This document shows, piece by piece, positions 47,846 through 56,756 of a DNA stretch of 64,000 bases. Position numbers and translations under genes: made by a program. Below the pieces are notes generated by a model. That model was not told where the DNA came from. It did no database searches and saw only the letters and a list, made by a program, of their open reading frames with translations. Origin of the DNA: a virus (lineage: Duplodnaviria > Caudoviricetes); IMG/VR virus record IMGVR_UViG_3300016478_000063, positions 24,800 to 88,799 of that record; one strand, given 5' to 3'. Position 1 is the stretch's first letter, and every line of letters starts with the position of its first letter.

Positions 47846-48794
47846 GATATTTCTCCAAATATACTTGATATTTTCTGGACAGTTTGTAATTACACTCTTT
47901 GTAAATTTCGTCCAGAATTTTCTTTATTTGGTATTTGGAGGAAACATAACCCACATGCATTTTTCCATTCAGTGTAACCTTTGGTGTGTACTCCGGGCAA
48001 ATTGTTGCACAGTAACAAGCAAATGACTCTGCTAATTCTTTTCCGCCGCATACCTCAAGTCTGAATGAATTTTTAGCAATGTGGCCGTCGCCTTCAATAA
48101 CTCCTCGCCAAAAATGTCTGTTGAATGCTAGTTGTTCAGGACATTTTTCGTTTAAGGATTTTTTAGCATCAAACCCAAAAGCTTTAAGTCTTTCGAGAAT
48201 GGTTGCATGGGAGAATGCAAAAGAACTTTGGTGGTAAGTATTCCCTGTCCTGCTATCTACTCTAGACCTTCTACGAATTGTATTAGAACTTTGTAAGTAG
48301 TTCTTAAGATTTAGTAAAATCTCTTCATCTTGCGATGATAATTCAAGAGAAACCGATTTTTTAGAAAGACAACCATCGGTCAGCAGCCATCCATAAAAAT
48401 AAGCGCACGCTTCCTCATTTACATCAGAAAAAGCTTCTTCGTTGATAGTATATCCTTTATAGAATTTAATATCTTCCTTGCTGCGTATTTCAACACCTCT
48501 TTTACGAAGTATCGTAAACGCAGTATCTTTGGAACAAGGTAAATCTTTACATATAGCAGGAACAGATTCACCGGACAGATACCTTAACTCAAGGCTATCA
48601 ATTTCAGATTGTGATAGAATACAAAAATCTTTCTGGAAAGAGAACCCAACTTTTTTCATTTGCCAAGACAAGGCTGCTGGTTTTACTCCAAGAATTTCTG
48701 CAATTTCATTTCTGCGTTTACCTTCACTGGAAAGCTTCTTAACTAACTCAGTGTCAATGAGGATACGAATTTTTTCAATATCTGTTAAAGCCAT
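47832..48794 (-). CDS. free-standing LAGLIDADG endonuclease fused to the old adaptor N-terminus
   Basis: YFYGWLLTDGCL and HFWRGVIEGDGHI motifs; begins MALTDIEKIRILIDTE versus the adaptor's MALTDVEKVRVLIGDTE. Confidence 0.87.
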   Translation of the reverse strand: MALTDIEKIRILIDTELVKKLSSEGKRRNEIAEILGVKPAALSWQMKKVGFSFQKDFCILSQSEIDSLELRYLSGESVPAICKDLPCSKDTAFTILRKRGVEIRSKEDIKFYKGYTINEEAFSDVNEEACAYFYGWLLTDGCLSKKSVSLELSSQDEEILLNLKNYLQSSNTIRRRSRVDSRTGNTYHQSSFAFSHATILERLKAFGFDAKKSLNEKCPEQLAFNRHFWRGVIEGDGHIAKNSFRLEVCGGKELAESFACYCATICPEYTPKVTLNGKMHVGYVSSKYQIKKILDEIYKECNYKLSRKYQVYLEKYHGID

Positions 48795-48814
48795 TAGGGA
48801 CTCCTTTATTACTT

Positions 48815-48840
48815 AAAGGATGGGGGAAACAAGTTCCCCC
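48815..48840 (-). terminator. hairpin after the major capsid gene
   Basis: GGGGGAAC/TTTCCCCC stem with weak U tract. Confidence 0.45.
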
Positions 48841-48857
48841 TCTCCCATTTAGCTCAA

Positions 48858-49895
48858 TTAGCCAGTGTAGCCACGTACCACGAGCTGAGGACGACGAATC
48901 ACGTTAATGAAGTTCGACTCAGATTGTAGCAGGATTTCGGTATCAGTTTGGTTGCGATATTCGAAAGCGTATGCTTCCATACCGATGGTATTGGTGAATT
49001 CAAAACGGTTGGCTGGGCCAAAGTAGGTTTTGAAGACTTCATCAGTACCAACTGGAACAAAGTAAGCATCGTTTGCAGGAATGAAACGCTGACCCAGTGG
49101 ATCGAAACCACGATATTCCATGAAGCGGATAGCACCATGAACGAACTCACGGTCAAGACCCTGAGCATTACCCATACCACGACCACCACGACGCAGAGGC
49201 TCTTGAGTGCTTACGTAGTATTGATACGCAGTAGCAACAGAAGGATGGGAGATCAGCTTGGTGAAGAACTCAGGGGAGCACAGGGCAACCACTTCGTTGA
49301 TAACGTCACCAGTAAAAGCGTTGTCTTGGATATGGGCAACTACTTCTTCAATCTTAGACAGCACGTTAGTGGTGTTGGTATCAAGATCAAAGTCCACTTC
49401 TTTACGGACAACAGAGAAGTCAGTGTAGAAGTTACCGGCGATGGTGCCGTTAGGGGCATAAATATCACCAGTAGTCAGAGTACGGACACGGGCAGTTTCC
49501 AGAGTTTGTGCATGGGAACGACGAATACGCTCCAGCTTACGGGCACGAACTTGATCTAGAACTTCTGGTACGCCTGCACCGGCACCACCGTAGGCGCTCT
49601 TACCTTGAATATCTTCAGGCTTGATAGCGTCATCGTATGGAAAGTGAGGAACAGGATAAGAACGGATTAGGCGGGTGTAATCCTTGCCTACGTTGTTACG
49701 CTCGCCACGAGGACGATCACCAATCAGACCAATAGACTGGTTGATTTGTTCGAAGGTTACAGTATTGGTGGCAACGCCTTCAGCTTGGAACAGGCCCATA
49801 GCCTGAATCTTACCGTACTGGTTAGGAACAATTAGAAGTTCCTGAGTCCAGTCCGCAATGTTAAAGGGATTGGTAAAGTCTCTTACGATTGGCAT
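48858..49895 (-). CDS. major capsid protein (lambda gpE-like, HK97 fold)
   Basis: PHFPYDDAIKPEDIQG...LERIRRSHAQTLE...QSESNFINVIRRPQLVV; high CGT/GGT codon bias. Confidence 0.9.
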   Translation of the reverse strand: MPIVRDFTNPFNIADWTQELLIVPNQYGKIQAMGLFQAEGVATNTVTFEQINQSIGLIGDRPRGERNNVGKDYTRLIRSYPVPHFPYDDAIKPEDIQGKSAYGGAGAGVPEVLDQVRARKLERIRRSHAQTLETARVRTLTTGDIYAPNGTIAGNFYTDFSVVRKEVDFDLDTNTTNVLSKIEEVVAHIQDNAFTGDVINEVVALCSPEFFTKLISHPSVATAYQYYVSTQEPLRRGGRGMGNAQGLDREFVHGAIRFMEYRGFDPLGQRFIPANDAYFVPVGTDEVFKTYFGPANRFEFTNTIGMEAYAFEYRNQTDTEILLQSESNFINVIRRPQLVVRGYTG

Positions 49896-49914
49896 TCTAA
49901 TATTTCCTTATTTC

Positions 49915-50313
49915 TTATACAGTGGTGAGGACGTTGATGTTCAGAGCTTCAAGAGAGTCATAAACAGCTTGTTTCTTGGTGTTGTCGTTGTAAGTGGCAT
50001 CCAGAACCAGAGCGTCTTTGCTCACTTCTGCTGGGCCTTTAACCAGAACAACTACTTTAGTGTCAGTGGTGGCAGCAATGCTTTGTGCGGAAATGACAAG
50101 AGCAGCAGCTACTTTGGAACCATCAACAGCAGTCTCAACTGCAATTTTGTATTTACCAGAAGCAGTAACTTTACCGAGAACAGTACCAACTACATAGGAT
50201 TTGGCAGTAGCTTCGTTTACGATTACTTCTTTGCGGCAGAAGCCGGTTTCTGGCCACAGCTCATGCTTAACCAGATTAGAAAGGCGGGCAACATCAGTGC
50301 TTACGATAGGCAT
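49915..50313 (-). CDS. head decoration/cement protein
   Basis: VGTVLGKVTASGKY...DGSKVAAAL...LVKGPAEV. Confidence 0.8.
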   Translation of the reverse strand: MPIVSTDVARLSNLVKHELWPETGFCRKEVIVNEATAKSYVVGTVLGKVTASGKYKIAVETAVDGSKVAAALVISAQSIAATTDTKVVVLVKGPAEVSKDALVLDATYNDNTKKQAVYDSLEALNINVLTTV

Positions 50314-50333
50314 AATTATTTATCTCCGAGATA

Positions 50334-51674
50334 TTATTGTTTTGCGTATTTTTGCTTCAGAAGTACGGCAGTAGCGTTTTCTTCTTTTGGCTCTTCAACT
50401 TCCATCTGCTTGCTCTTCTGAACAAAAAGATCGGATTCTTCTAGTTTTTCTTCTTTTGCTTTCATGCTAGAAACTACCGTCTCAAAAGCAGCATCGGAAA
50501 GAGTGGAGGTTGCTTCAAAAAGAGCAGCCTGTTTTTCAACATCAGCCTCTACAGCCTTAATAGCCTCTTTACGGGCATTAATTTTTTGCTGTTCAGCAGC
50601 AGCTTCTAGAGCTTGTTTTTCTTCTACAACAGCTTTCAGTTGTTCTTGAACTTGACTTAGTTCAGCAGACAGGGAGGCTACTTTTTCTACCTGAGCTTGC
50701 AGCTCAACGCCCTGTTCATTGAATTTTGCTTCAAGTTCGGAGTGCTGCGCTTGCAGTTCCTCAAGTTGTTTCATTTCTACCTCACTATTATCTTTGGTGA
50801 ACCCAAAGAGATTTGTTTTTGACAACATATTGTTTTCCTTCTTGGAAAATTCTGCTTGATAATCCATGAACTCTTCATGAGTCATGACTTTATCAACTAA
50901 GCCAAGAGAGATAGAATCTTTAGCCATAAAGACTTTAGCTTCTGTACTCTTAACCTGATCTACAGGAATATCACGCATCTCGGAGACATACACTGTAAAT
51001 TCTTCATATAGGGAGTCCACCTTACCTTGAATATCAGCAAGAAACTCTTCCCTAAACTCACCTTCCGCATTGAAAGGAACCTTATTCCCACCAGCATAAA
51101 CGAAGGTACGTTCATAGCCTTTTTGTTCTAGTGCCTTACTATCATTAATAAGACGAACAACGACACCAATGCTTCCAACCTCTGCATTAGGGTTTGCAAT
51201 TACTTCATCGGCAATACAAGACAAACCGTAGCAAGCTGAAGCAGAAAGACCATCTACATAAGTAAGAATCTTGATACCAGCTTCGTCTGCGCGTTTACGC
51301 AGATAGCGACCAGTTTCCATCATTCCATATGCTTCTCCACCGCCTGAATCGGCCCAGAGAATCACAGTTTCAGCTCCCATATCAACCATGCTGTTGAATT
51401 GTTCAACAACAGATTCATAAGAGCAACCACCGCAAAGGGCTTCCCATCCAGTAGACTTGTAAGTAATTGGCCCTTCTACAGAGATTGTTCCAACCTTTGT
51501 ATCAGGGTTGTAATTGAGATGCCGTTCTTCTTTTTGTTTTGACTTGGAATCAATAGCCATCTCCCCAACATTACGTTCTGTCAGATATTCAAGAATCCCT
51601 TGAAAACTTACAGGATCAATAAGGTGAGGAGTGTTATTTAATTTCCGAGTCAGCAATTTTAATTCATGTGCCAA
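50334..51674 (-). CDS. S49 prohead protease with C-terminal scaffold domain
   Basis: ADSGGGE, SASACYGL and GSIGVV motifs; coiled-coil C-terminus. Confidence 0.88.
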   Translation of the reverse strand: MAHELKLLTRKLNNTPHLIDPVSFQGILEYLTERNVGEMAIDSKSKQKEERHLNYNPDTKVGTISVEGPITYKSTGWEALCGGCSYESVVEQFNSMVDMGAETVILWADSGGGEAYGMMETGRYLRKRADEAGIKILTYVDGLSASACYGLSCIADEVIANPNAEVGSIGVVVRLINDSKALEQKGYERTFVYAGGNKVPFNAEGEFREEFLADIQGKVDSLYEEFTVYVSEMRDIPVDQVKSTEAKVFMAKDSISLGLVDKVMTHEEFMDYQAEFSKKENNMLSKTNLFGFTKDNSEVEMKQLEELQAQHSELEAKFNEQGVELQAQVEKVASLSAELSQVQEQLKAVVEEKQALEAAAEQQKINARKEAIKAVEADVEKQAALFEATSTLSDAAFETVVSSMKAKEEKLEESDLFVQKSKQMEVEEPKEENATAVLLKQKYAKQ

Positions 51675-52461
51675 AGGATTCCTCCTTAAAAGTTTTTAGC
51701 CAAAGGTCATCTTCCAAAGGAATCCAGCCGTTTTTAAAATGTTTGAACAGTGATTGAAGTTGATCGCGCCTGAGTCCTAATTTTTTGCTTACAAGATAAG
51801 CAGACAACCCTTCAGTAAAATGAGCATAATATGTATCGGCATTAGCCCATATTTGCAAATTTGCTCTGGGCGTGTTCCAGTAACCTTTGGCTTTCAGGGT
51901 CTCAGACTGCTTGTTTCTAGCTTCTTCTGATCTTTTCTCACCAATTCTGGCCTTATTCCTTTCGACAAGCAGAGTGATCATCTTTTCCGTCACCGGCCTA
52001 TTTCTGAGATTCTCTGAAATCTTCGCTTTATGTTCTTCGGACAGACTTCTCCCTCTATTAGCCAACAACAGGGCTTCTTTAGCCTTTTCTGGCATTGGTC
52101 TCCCTTTGAGTGCCTTTGAGAGCTTATCTCTGACCTCTTGGGAGACTGGCAAACCCTTCACACCGGGCGGTTTTTCTCCACCGACAGCTACATTCCAACC
52201 GATAGACTTTTCCGGTCTTAGTTTATTTTCAACATCATAACAGTAGGCTTCTTCTGCTATAATTACGGTTTCGCAAATTAGATTCTCAGCTCCTATGGCC
52301 TTAATAGCCTTGTGTACCACGGACTTTTTACTCTTCTTTGCATTTGCAGTGTCAATATGAACTTTGAATCTATCTTGTGCTGTTTTGGACGTTACACCAA
52401 CATACCCTTGTGAGAATATGTCAGTGTGTTCCTTCTTTCTAATCCAGTACACTTCCGCCAT
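51664..52461 (-). CDS. free-standing GIY-YIG homing endonuclease with NUMOD3 repeats
   Basis: VYWI...GYVGVT...RFKVH; E..LRP...GWN; repeated SEEHKAKIS-like motifs. Confidence 0.85.
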   Translation of the reverse strand: MAEVYWIRKKEHTDIFSQGYVGVTSKTAQDRFKVHIDTANAKKSKKSVVHKAIKAIGAENLICETVIIAEEAYCYDVENKLRPEKSIGWNVAVGGEKPPGVKGLPVSQEVRDKLSKALKGRPMPEKAKEALLLANRGRSLSEEHKAKISENLRNRPVTEKMITLLVERNKARIGEKRSEEARNKQSETLKAKGYWNTPRANLQIWANADTYYAHFTEGLSAYLVSKKLGLRRDQLQSLFKHFKNGWIPLEDDLWLKTFKEESFGT

Positions 52462-53945
52462 TATGTATTCTCGCTGTTTCCGGCAGAGCTGTCCCCACCT
52501 GATCCATCTGCTTTACCTGTTCCAGACGGAAGTCCTGAGTCCATTCCTTCTGCTGCGTTACTGGTATAGCCTGTCATTTCCTTTTTAGCATCCTCTGTAG
52601 AGATGTTCGTATCAGGGAAGACCACAGGCATATTAGCTTGTTCGGCAATCCAGTTCGCAGTCTTAGCATTGGCACTAATCAGTCCTTGGCTACCTACACG
52701 TTGGATAAACTTAGACAGAACATCAAGGTCAGGGGATTTAAGATCACCAAAGGCAAAATAAGGAGTTACTTCTGTACTCCAACCATTTAGTGAAAATAGC
52801 TGTGGAATGAGGTCATGATTAAGCTGTTCTTGAATCTCAATTAGCTTAGATTCAATAGCCATATCACTAATCCCTTGTAGAGATTCAGCAAGAGAGAAAC
52901 TACCACCACCATCTTGACCAAGGATTAGCTGAGAAGCCATCAGAGACGTAATAATTTCTTTTTGGTATCTGGAAATAATCTGAGAAACATCGAAGCTCTT
53001 AGTACCTTGGATACCGAGCAACTGGAAATCAGCAATCATTTCTTCACCATTCTCATCTTTCAGGGATGGAATGATTACACCGCTTTGTTCCCCTAAGTGC
53101 AGATTACGCATCATGTTCTGCCAATAGGCATAAACGGCTTTATCTTCAGCGGAAGCATTTGGGTCCATGTAACGGGGGTTCAGTTTAAGAACTTTCAACC
53201 CACGAACATCAGAAGCAACGCCCGAGCCTTCAAACTTTTCAAGTTCTGTCTTATACTTCCAAGCTACATAGCATGATGCCAGCGGGCTGATACCAACGGG
53301 ATCATCCTTTAGAGCATTGTTGCGGAAGTGTAGAAACTTCTTACGAGGAATCCACTCATCTTGATTCACCTCAAGATATTGAGCTTTGTCTTTACCAGTA
53401 GGCTTATTCTTGTATTGATATAGCCCAGTTAGTTTACGTCCTGTCTCATCCCAATCCCAAGATTCAACAGAGTCTTGAGTAATCAAAGGTAGAGATTGAA
53501 TACCAACTAAACCATCGTCGTATTTACTGCCATTCTTCTTATAGCGTTTACGATACACTTTCTCATGTACAGAAAAACCATAACGATTGAATGTAACGCA
53601 TTGACGAATAAAGTGACCCCAGCTATGCTCCATATCGTTCATACACTGATGCAGGAACTCAGCTTTATCTTTTAGTTGGTCTTCATAGCCTTCTGGAATC
53701 TTAATGCTCCAAGGGACACGAGCAATAGCCATCTCAACAAGGGATAGTGCTGGAGCAATAGTGGCATCTTTAGCCATCTTTTTATAAGTGAAAATTGCCG
53801 TTGGCCACCTAAGTTCTGCCGAGCAATCTTCATAAACATTACCACCGAACACGTTCAAGCCGTTGTAAGACATTTGACTTAAACGGATGCGGGGAATTGT
53901 GCTATCCTCCCCTTGTGTGAGAGGAACAGTTTGTTCTTCAGCCAT
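52461..53945 (-). CDS. portal protein (DUF935-like)
   Basis: YGFSVHEKVY, PVGISPL and GGSFSLAE motifs. Confidence 0.88.
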   Translation of the reverse strand: MAEEQTVPLTQGEDSTIPRIRLSQMSYNGLNVFGGNVYEDCSAELRWPTAIFTYKKMAKDATIAPALSLVEMAIARVPWSIKIPEGYEDQLKDKAEFLHQCMNDMEHSWGHFIRQCVTFNRYGFSVHEKVYRKRYKKNGSKYDDGLVGIQSLPLITQDSVESWDWDETGRKLTGLYQYKNKPTGKDKAQYLEVNQDEWIPRKKFLHFRNNALKDDPVGISPLASCYVAWKYKTELEKFEGSGVASDVRGLKVLKLNPRYMDPNASAEDKAVYAYWQNMMRNLHLGEQSGVIIPSLKDENGEEMIADFQLLGIQGTKSFDVSQIISRYQKEIITSLMASQLILGQDGGGSFSLAESLQGISDMAIESKLIEIQEQLNHDLIPQLFSLNGWSTEVTPYFAFGDLKSPDLDVLSKFIQRVGSQGLISANAKTANWIAEQANMPVVFPDTNISTEDAKKEMTGYTSNAAEGMDSGLPSGTGKADGSGGDSSAGNSENT

Positions 53946-53953
53946 ATTTGTTC

Positions 53954-55429
53954 CTATGCAAAGGGGTTATTTGTTTTTAGAATTGAATCTGATTGCTGGA
54001 GGCCAGTCATGAAGTTGGGGATTTGAACTCTACTTGCCAATGCCATGAAGGCGTCCGAGCAAACATCGACAAGATCGTCGTGACCATTTACACCAGACTT
54101 CCGCTCTCCGGTAAAACCTTCTAACTCGTTGTAGAAGAATTTAAGATCGTTATAAACCTTATTTTCGTAATCTGTACCACAGTTCTTTAAGGTGTTCATC
54201 CCACCATTCATGGTGAATGACGCGAACGGACGAAAACGGTCGATCTTTTTACCTGAAGCCTTCATTGTTCTAACAAAGAAACCTTCTTCTGAGATTTGAC
54301 GAGCCATCATCTGTGTTGCAGCTTTAGCGGCTGGGTTTGGGTCAATAGGTAAAATAATGTCTACCTTGTTACCGTCCCTTCTCGCATTCTCAAGAACAAA
54401 ATCTGCCCATTGACCAAATCTAATTCGGATTCGCTGAACATCATGAATAAAATATTCCCCATTCTTTAGCTTTGATAGCTTGACACAAGTTGTATAATCG
54501 GGGTCATACGTCATATCTTGAGTTTTAATTGTTCCAGCAAAGTCATAAGCCCTAACTGTTTTTACAATATCTGTCCAAGCAGGCTCTTCATCACACTCTC
54601 TAAACCACTCACGCTTAATTAGCCCCTCACCCTCTGGGCGAGCGTCCCAGTTGCCCCATAAAAGTAACTCTTTTTGAATGCGAGGCAAACCTTCAAGAAA
54701 CGCAATATAGCTTGGTTCAATATATGGATTGTCGTAGACGGATGCCGAGATGAACCTGAAAGACAGTGGAGTAGATTTAGGAAACTGTTCAAGAATTTCT
54801 TCTTTACTATTTGCCCAATGTAACTCGTTATCTATACGAACAAACCAACGAATTGCTCCTTGTTTAGAAGGATCAGGTCTGCCATGTAATTCATGGTCAG
54901 GCGGATAAAGATACCAGTCTACATATTTCCTAACCCAACTATTGGCATCAGGGTTCATTGTGGCACGCATGTTCGGCTTCATCTTCGCTTTTGTACGAAG
55001 ACGCGAAAGAATATAGTCAAATTGAGGTTCTTCAAATTGACACAACTCCTCCATTACACAACTGGAAATTTGTGCGCCTTGAAAGTTGTCCGTATCGTCA
55101 ACTCTTTCAAAGTGGGAGAACTGTACTTCACCCCCACTGCTTGCCACGATTTTTAAATCTTTAATTTTAATCCTGCAATTTGGATCAAATTCTTTATAGA
55201 GTTGCTTTGCTTCGTCCCAAACTGCACCGGGCTTTAGTAGCATCGGGGTAGTTCTACGAAGTGTCAACCCCCGGTAAAGGGGGTCGTTGATATATTTAAG
55301 ATGGTGGGCAAGGCCCGCCCAAGTTTTTCCGCCGCCCGCCTGACCCCCGTAGAAACAAATATCTACCCAGTCAGGGGTAGTCAAAAACATTTCTTGGGGC
55401 TTACTGGCAGGTTGGATTACAGCTACCAT
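53954..55429 (-). CDS. terL: terminase large subunit
   Basis: YGGQAGGGKT Walker A; MEELCQF Walker B; RAYDFAG and HDDLVD nuclease motifs; start ATG 55429 coupled to the upstream stop (TAATG). Confidence 0.92.
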   Translation of the reverse strand: MVAVIQPASKPQEMFLTTPDWVDICFYGGQAGGGKTWAGLAHHLKYINDPLYRGLTLRRTTPMLLKPGAVWDEAKQLYKEFDPNCRIKIKDLKIVASSGGEVQFSHFERVDDTDNFQGAQISSCVMEELCQFEEPQFDYILSRLRTKAKMKPNMRATMNPDANSWVRKYVDWYLYPPDHELHGRPDPSKQGAIRWFVRIDNELHWANSKEEILEQFPKSTPLSFRFISASVYDNPYIEPSYIAFLEGLPRIQKELLLWGNWDARPEGEGLIKREWFRECDEEPAWTDIVKTVRAYDFAGTIKTQDMTYDPDYTTCVKLSKLKNGEYFIHDVQRIRIRFGQWADFVLENARRDGNKVDIILPIDPNPAAKAATQMMARQISEEGFFVRTMKASGKKIDRFRPFASFTMNGGMNTLKNCGTDYENKVYNDLKFFYNELEGFTGERKSGVNGHDDLVDVCSDAFMALASRVQIPNFMTGLQQSDSILKTNNPFA

Positions 55430-56451
55430 TAAACCTCCTTCGTGATTTTGTACTCTTCTTCCCAAGAATCGCGTTGAGCTGCTGCTTGTTCAAAAGTTTT
55501 AAACTGCTTAGTAAGATATTTACCGTTCACGTCCATCCGAGCAACATATATCTGCCTACGTTTATCGTATTTCACTCCCACCTTCCCACAAATCCCTTTA
55601 GGTTCTCTTGGAAATTTATACATTGTTTTAGAGGCTTCTACTTTAGTAACCCACATACAATTATCTTTACTGAAATCCCCAAGAGGGTTTAGTCTAATTA
55701 GTTGTAAGTTATCAGGCTTCTCACCCATATCTTCAACAAAATTATCAACTCCATCCTCTCCTAACCACCTTTCGCAAACCTCAATACCGTATTTAACGAA
55801 GTTGTGATTAGATTTGTGGGACTCACTATAACAGCGGTAAAGCATGTTACGGTAGGCTTCGTAAGTTTTTCGGGAGTAGCTCCATTTTCTGTTGGCTTTT
55901 GAAGTCTGATCTTTGTGAAAACAACCACAAGACTTGGTGTCACCTGATTGCAATGCGCCTACCATCACTGATGTTTCGTTACCACAATCACAAACACAGT
56001 CCCATCTGGCTTTTCTTTGACCATTAGGGAAGTGATGCCATGAGTACGTGTCTTTGACTACAAGTCTACCAAATCTCTTACCAGATAGATCAATATGTCT
56101 TGTTTCACCATAACCGGCACCCTCTGTACGAAGTGAGCGTTGGAAAGAATACTCTTCTTTAATCTTTGCAAGAACTTTTGTCGGTAAGAATTTACCATAC
56201 TCTCTTGTATTGGCCATCATGTGAGCGGCGTTTGTTAAACCAAGATGCTTTGGATACGCTTTCCAAAGCAATATATGTGCAATGATATGCTCTCGTGCGG
56301 TAAACATCACAAGATTATCATCTTCATCACTGCCGCCTAAACAGCGTGGAACAATATGATGCTTCTCAAAGTAACCTTCAAGAATAGATTTATCCAAGCC
56401 TCTAACTTTACACTTTTCTACTAATCGGTCATAAACCTTTTTATAATCCAT
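55429..56451 (-). CDS. composite HNH homing endonuclease (intact N-terminal HNH, degenerate second HNH, AP2)
   Basis: EKHHIVPRCLGGSDEDDNLV; DLSGKRFGRL..CDCG..KSCGC..LIRLNPLGDFSKDNCMW; GKVGVKYDKRR. Confidence 0.8.
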   Translation of the reverse strand: MDYKKVYDRLVEKCKVRGLDKSILEGYFEKHHIVPRCLGGSDEDDNLVMFTAREHIIAHILLWKAYPKHLGLTNAAHMMANTREYGKFLPTKVLAKIKEEYSFQRSLRTEGAGYGETRHIDLSGKRFGRLVVKDTYSWHHFPNGQRKARWDCVCDCGNETSVMVGALQSGDTKSCGCFHKDQTSKANRKWSYSRKTYEAYRNMLYRCYSESHKSNHNFVKYGIEVCERWLGEDGVDNFVEDMGEKPDNLQLIRLNPLGDFSKDNCMWVTKVEASKTMYKFPREPKGICGKVGVKYDKRRQIYVARMDVNGKYLTKQFKTFEQAAAQRDSWEEEYKITKEV

Positions 56452-56454
56452 TTT

Positions 56455-56475
56455 CACTCCTAAATAAAAGGAGTG
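56455..56475 (-). promoter_or_regulatory. SD-sequestering hairpin of the HNH gene
   Basis: CACTCCT-TTTATTT-AGGAGTG perfect 7-bp stem burying AGGAG, 3 nt before ATG. Confidence 0.75.
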
Positions 56476-56756
56476 CCCCAACCTGCGTAGCCGTCAAGAC
56501 AACTCTATAGCAGGAATTACGGGTTCACAAAACTAAATTAAACAGAGCGTCATCACGACGAGTCTAATTCTTTTCAGACTTAACGTCTATTCTTCCCAAA
56601 AGAAAGCTCCACGCTTTCTCTCATTCAATAAAAACAGTATATCAAAAATTCATTAGCTGAAGCAAGCTTTTTGAAAATAAATATGAAATAATCTTAAGCG
56701 ATGATCCTCACAAAGAAGATCATCTATAAAACTACTTACTATATTTACGAAGGATT

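Noticed and set aside
46384-48794. LAGLIDADG ORFs as inteins or intron ORFs
   Set aside because: They have their own stops, no intein splicing motifs and no flanking group I core; the neighbouring gene is complete on its own.
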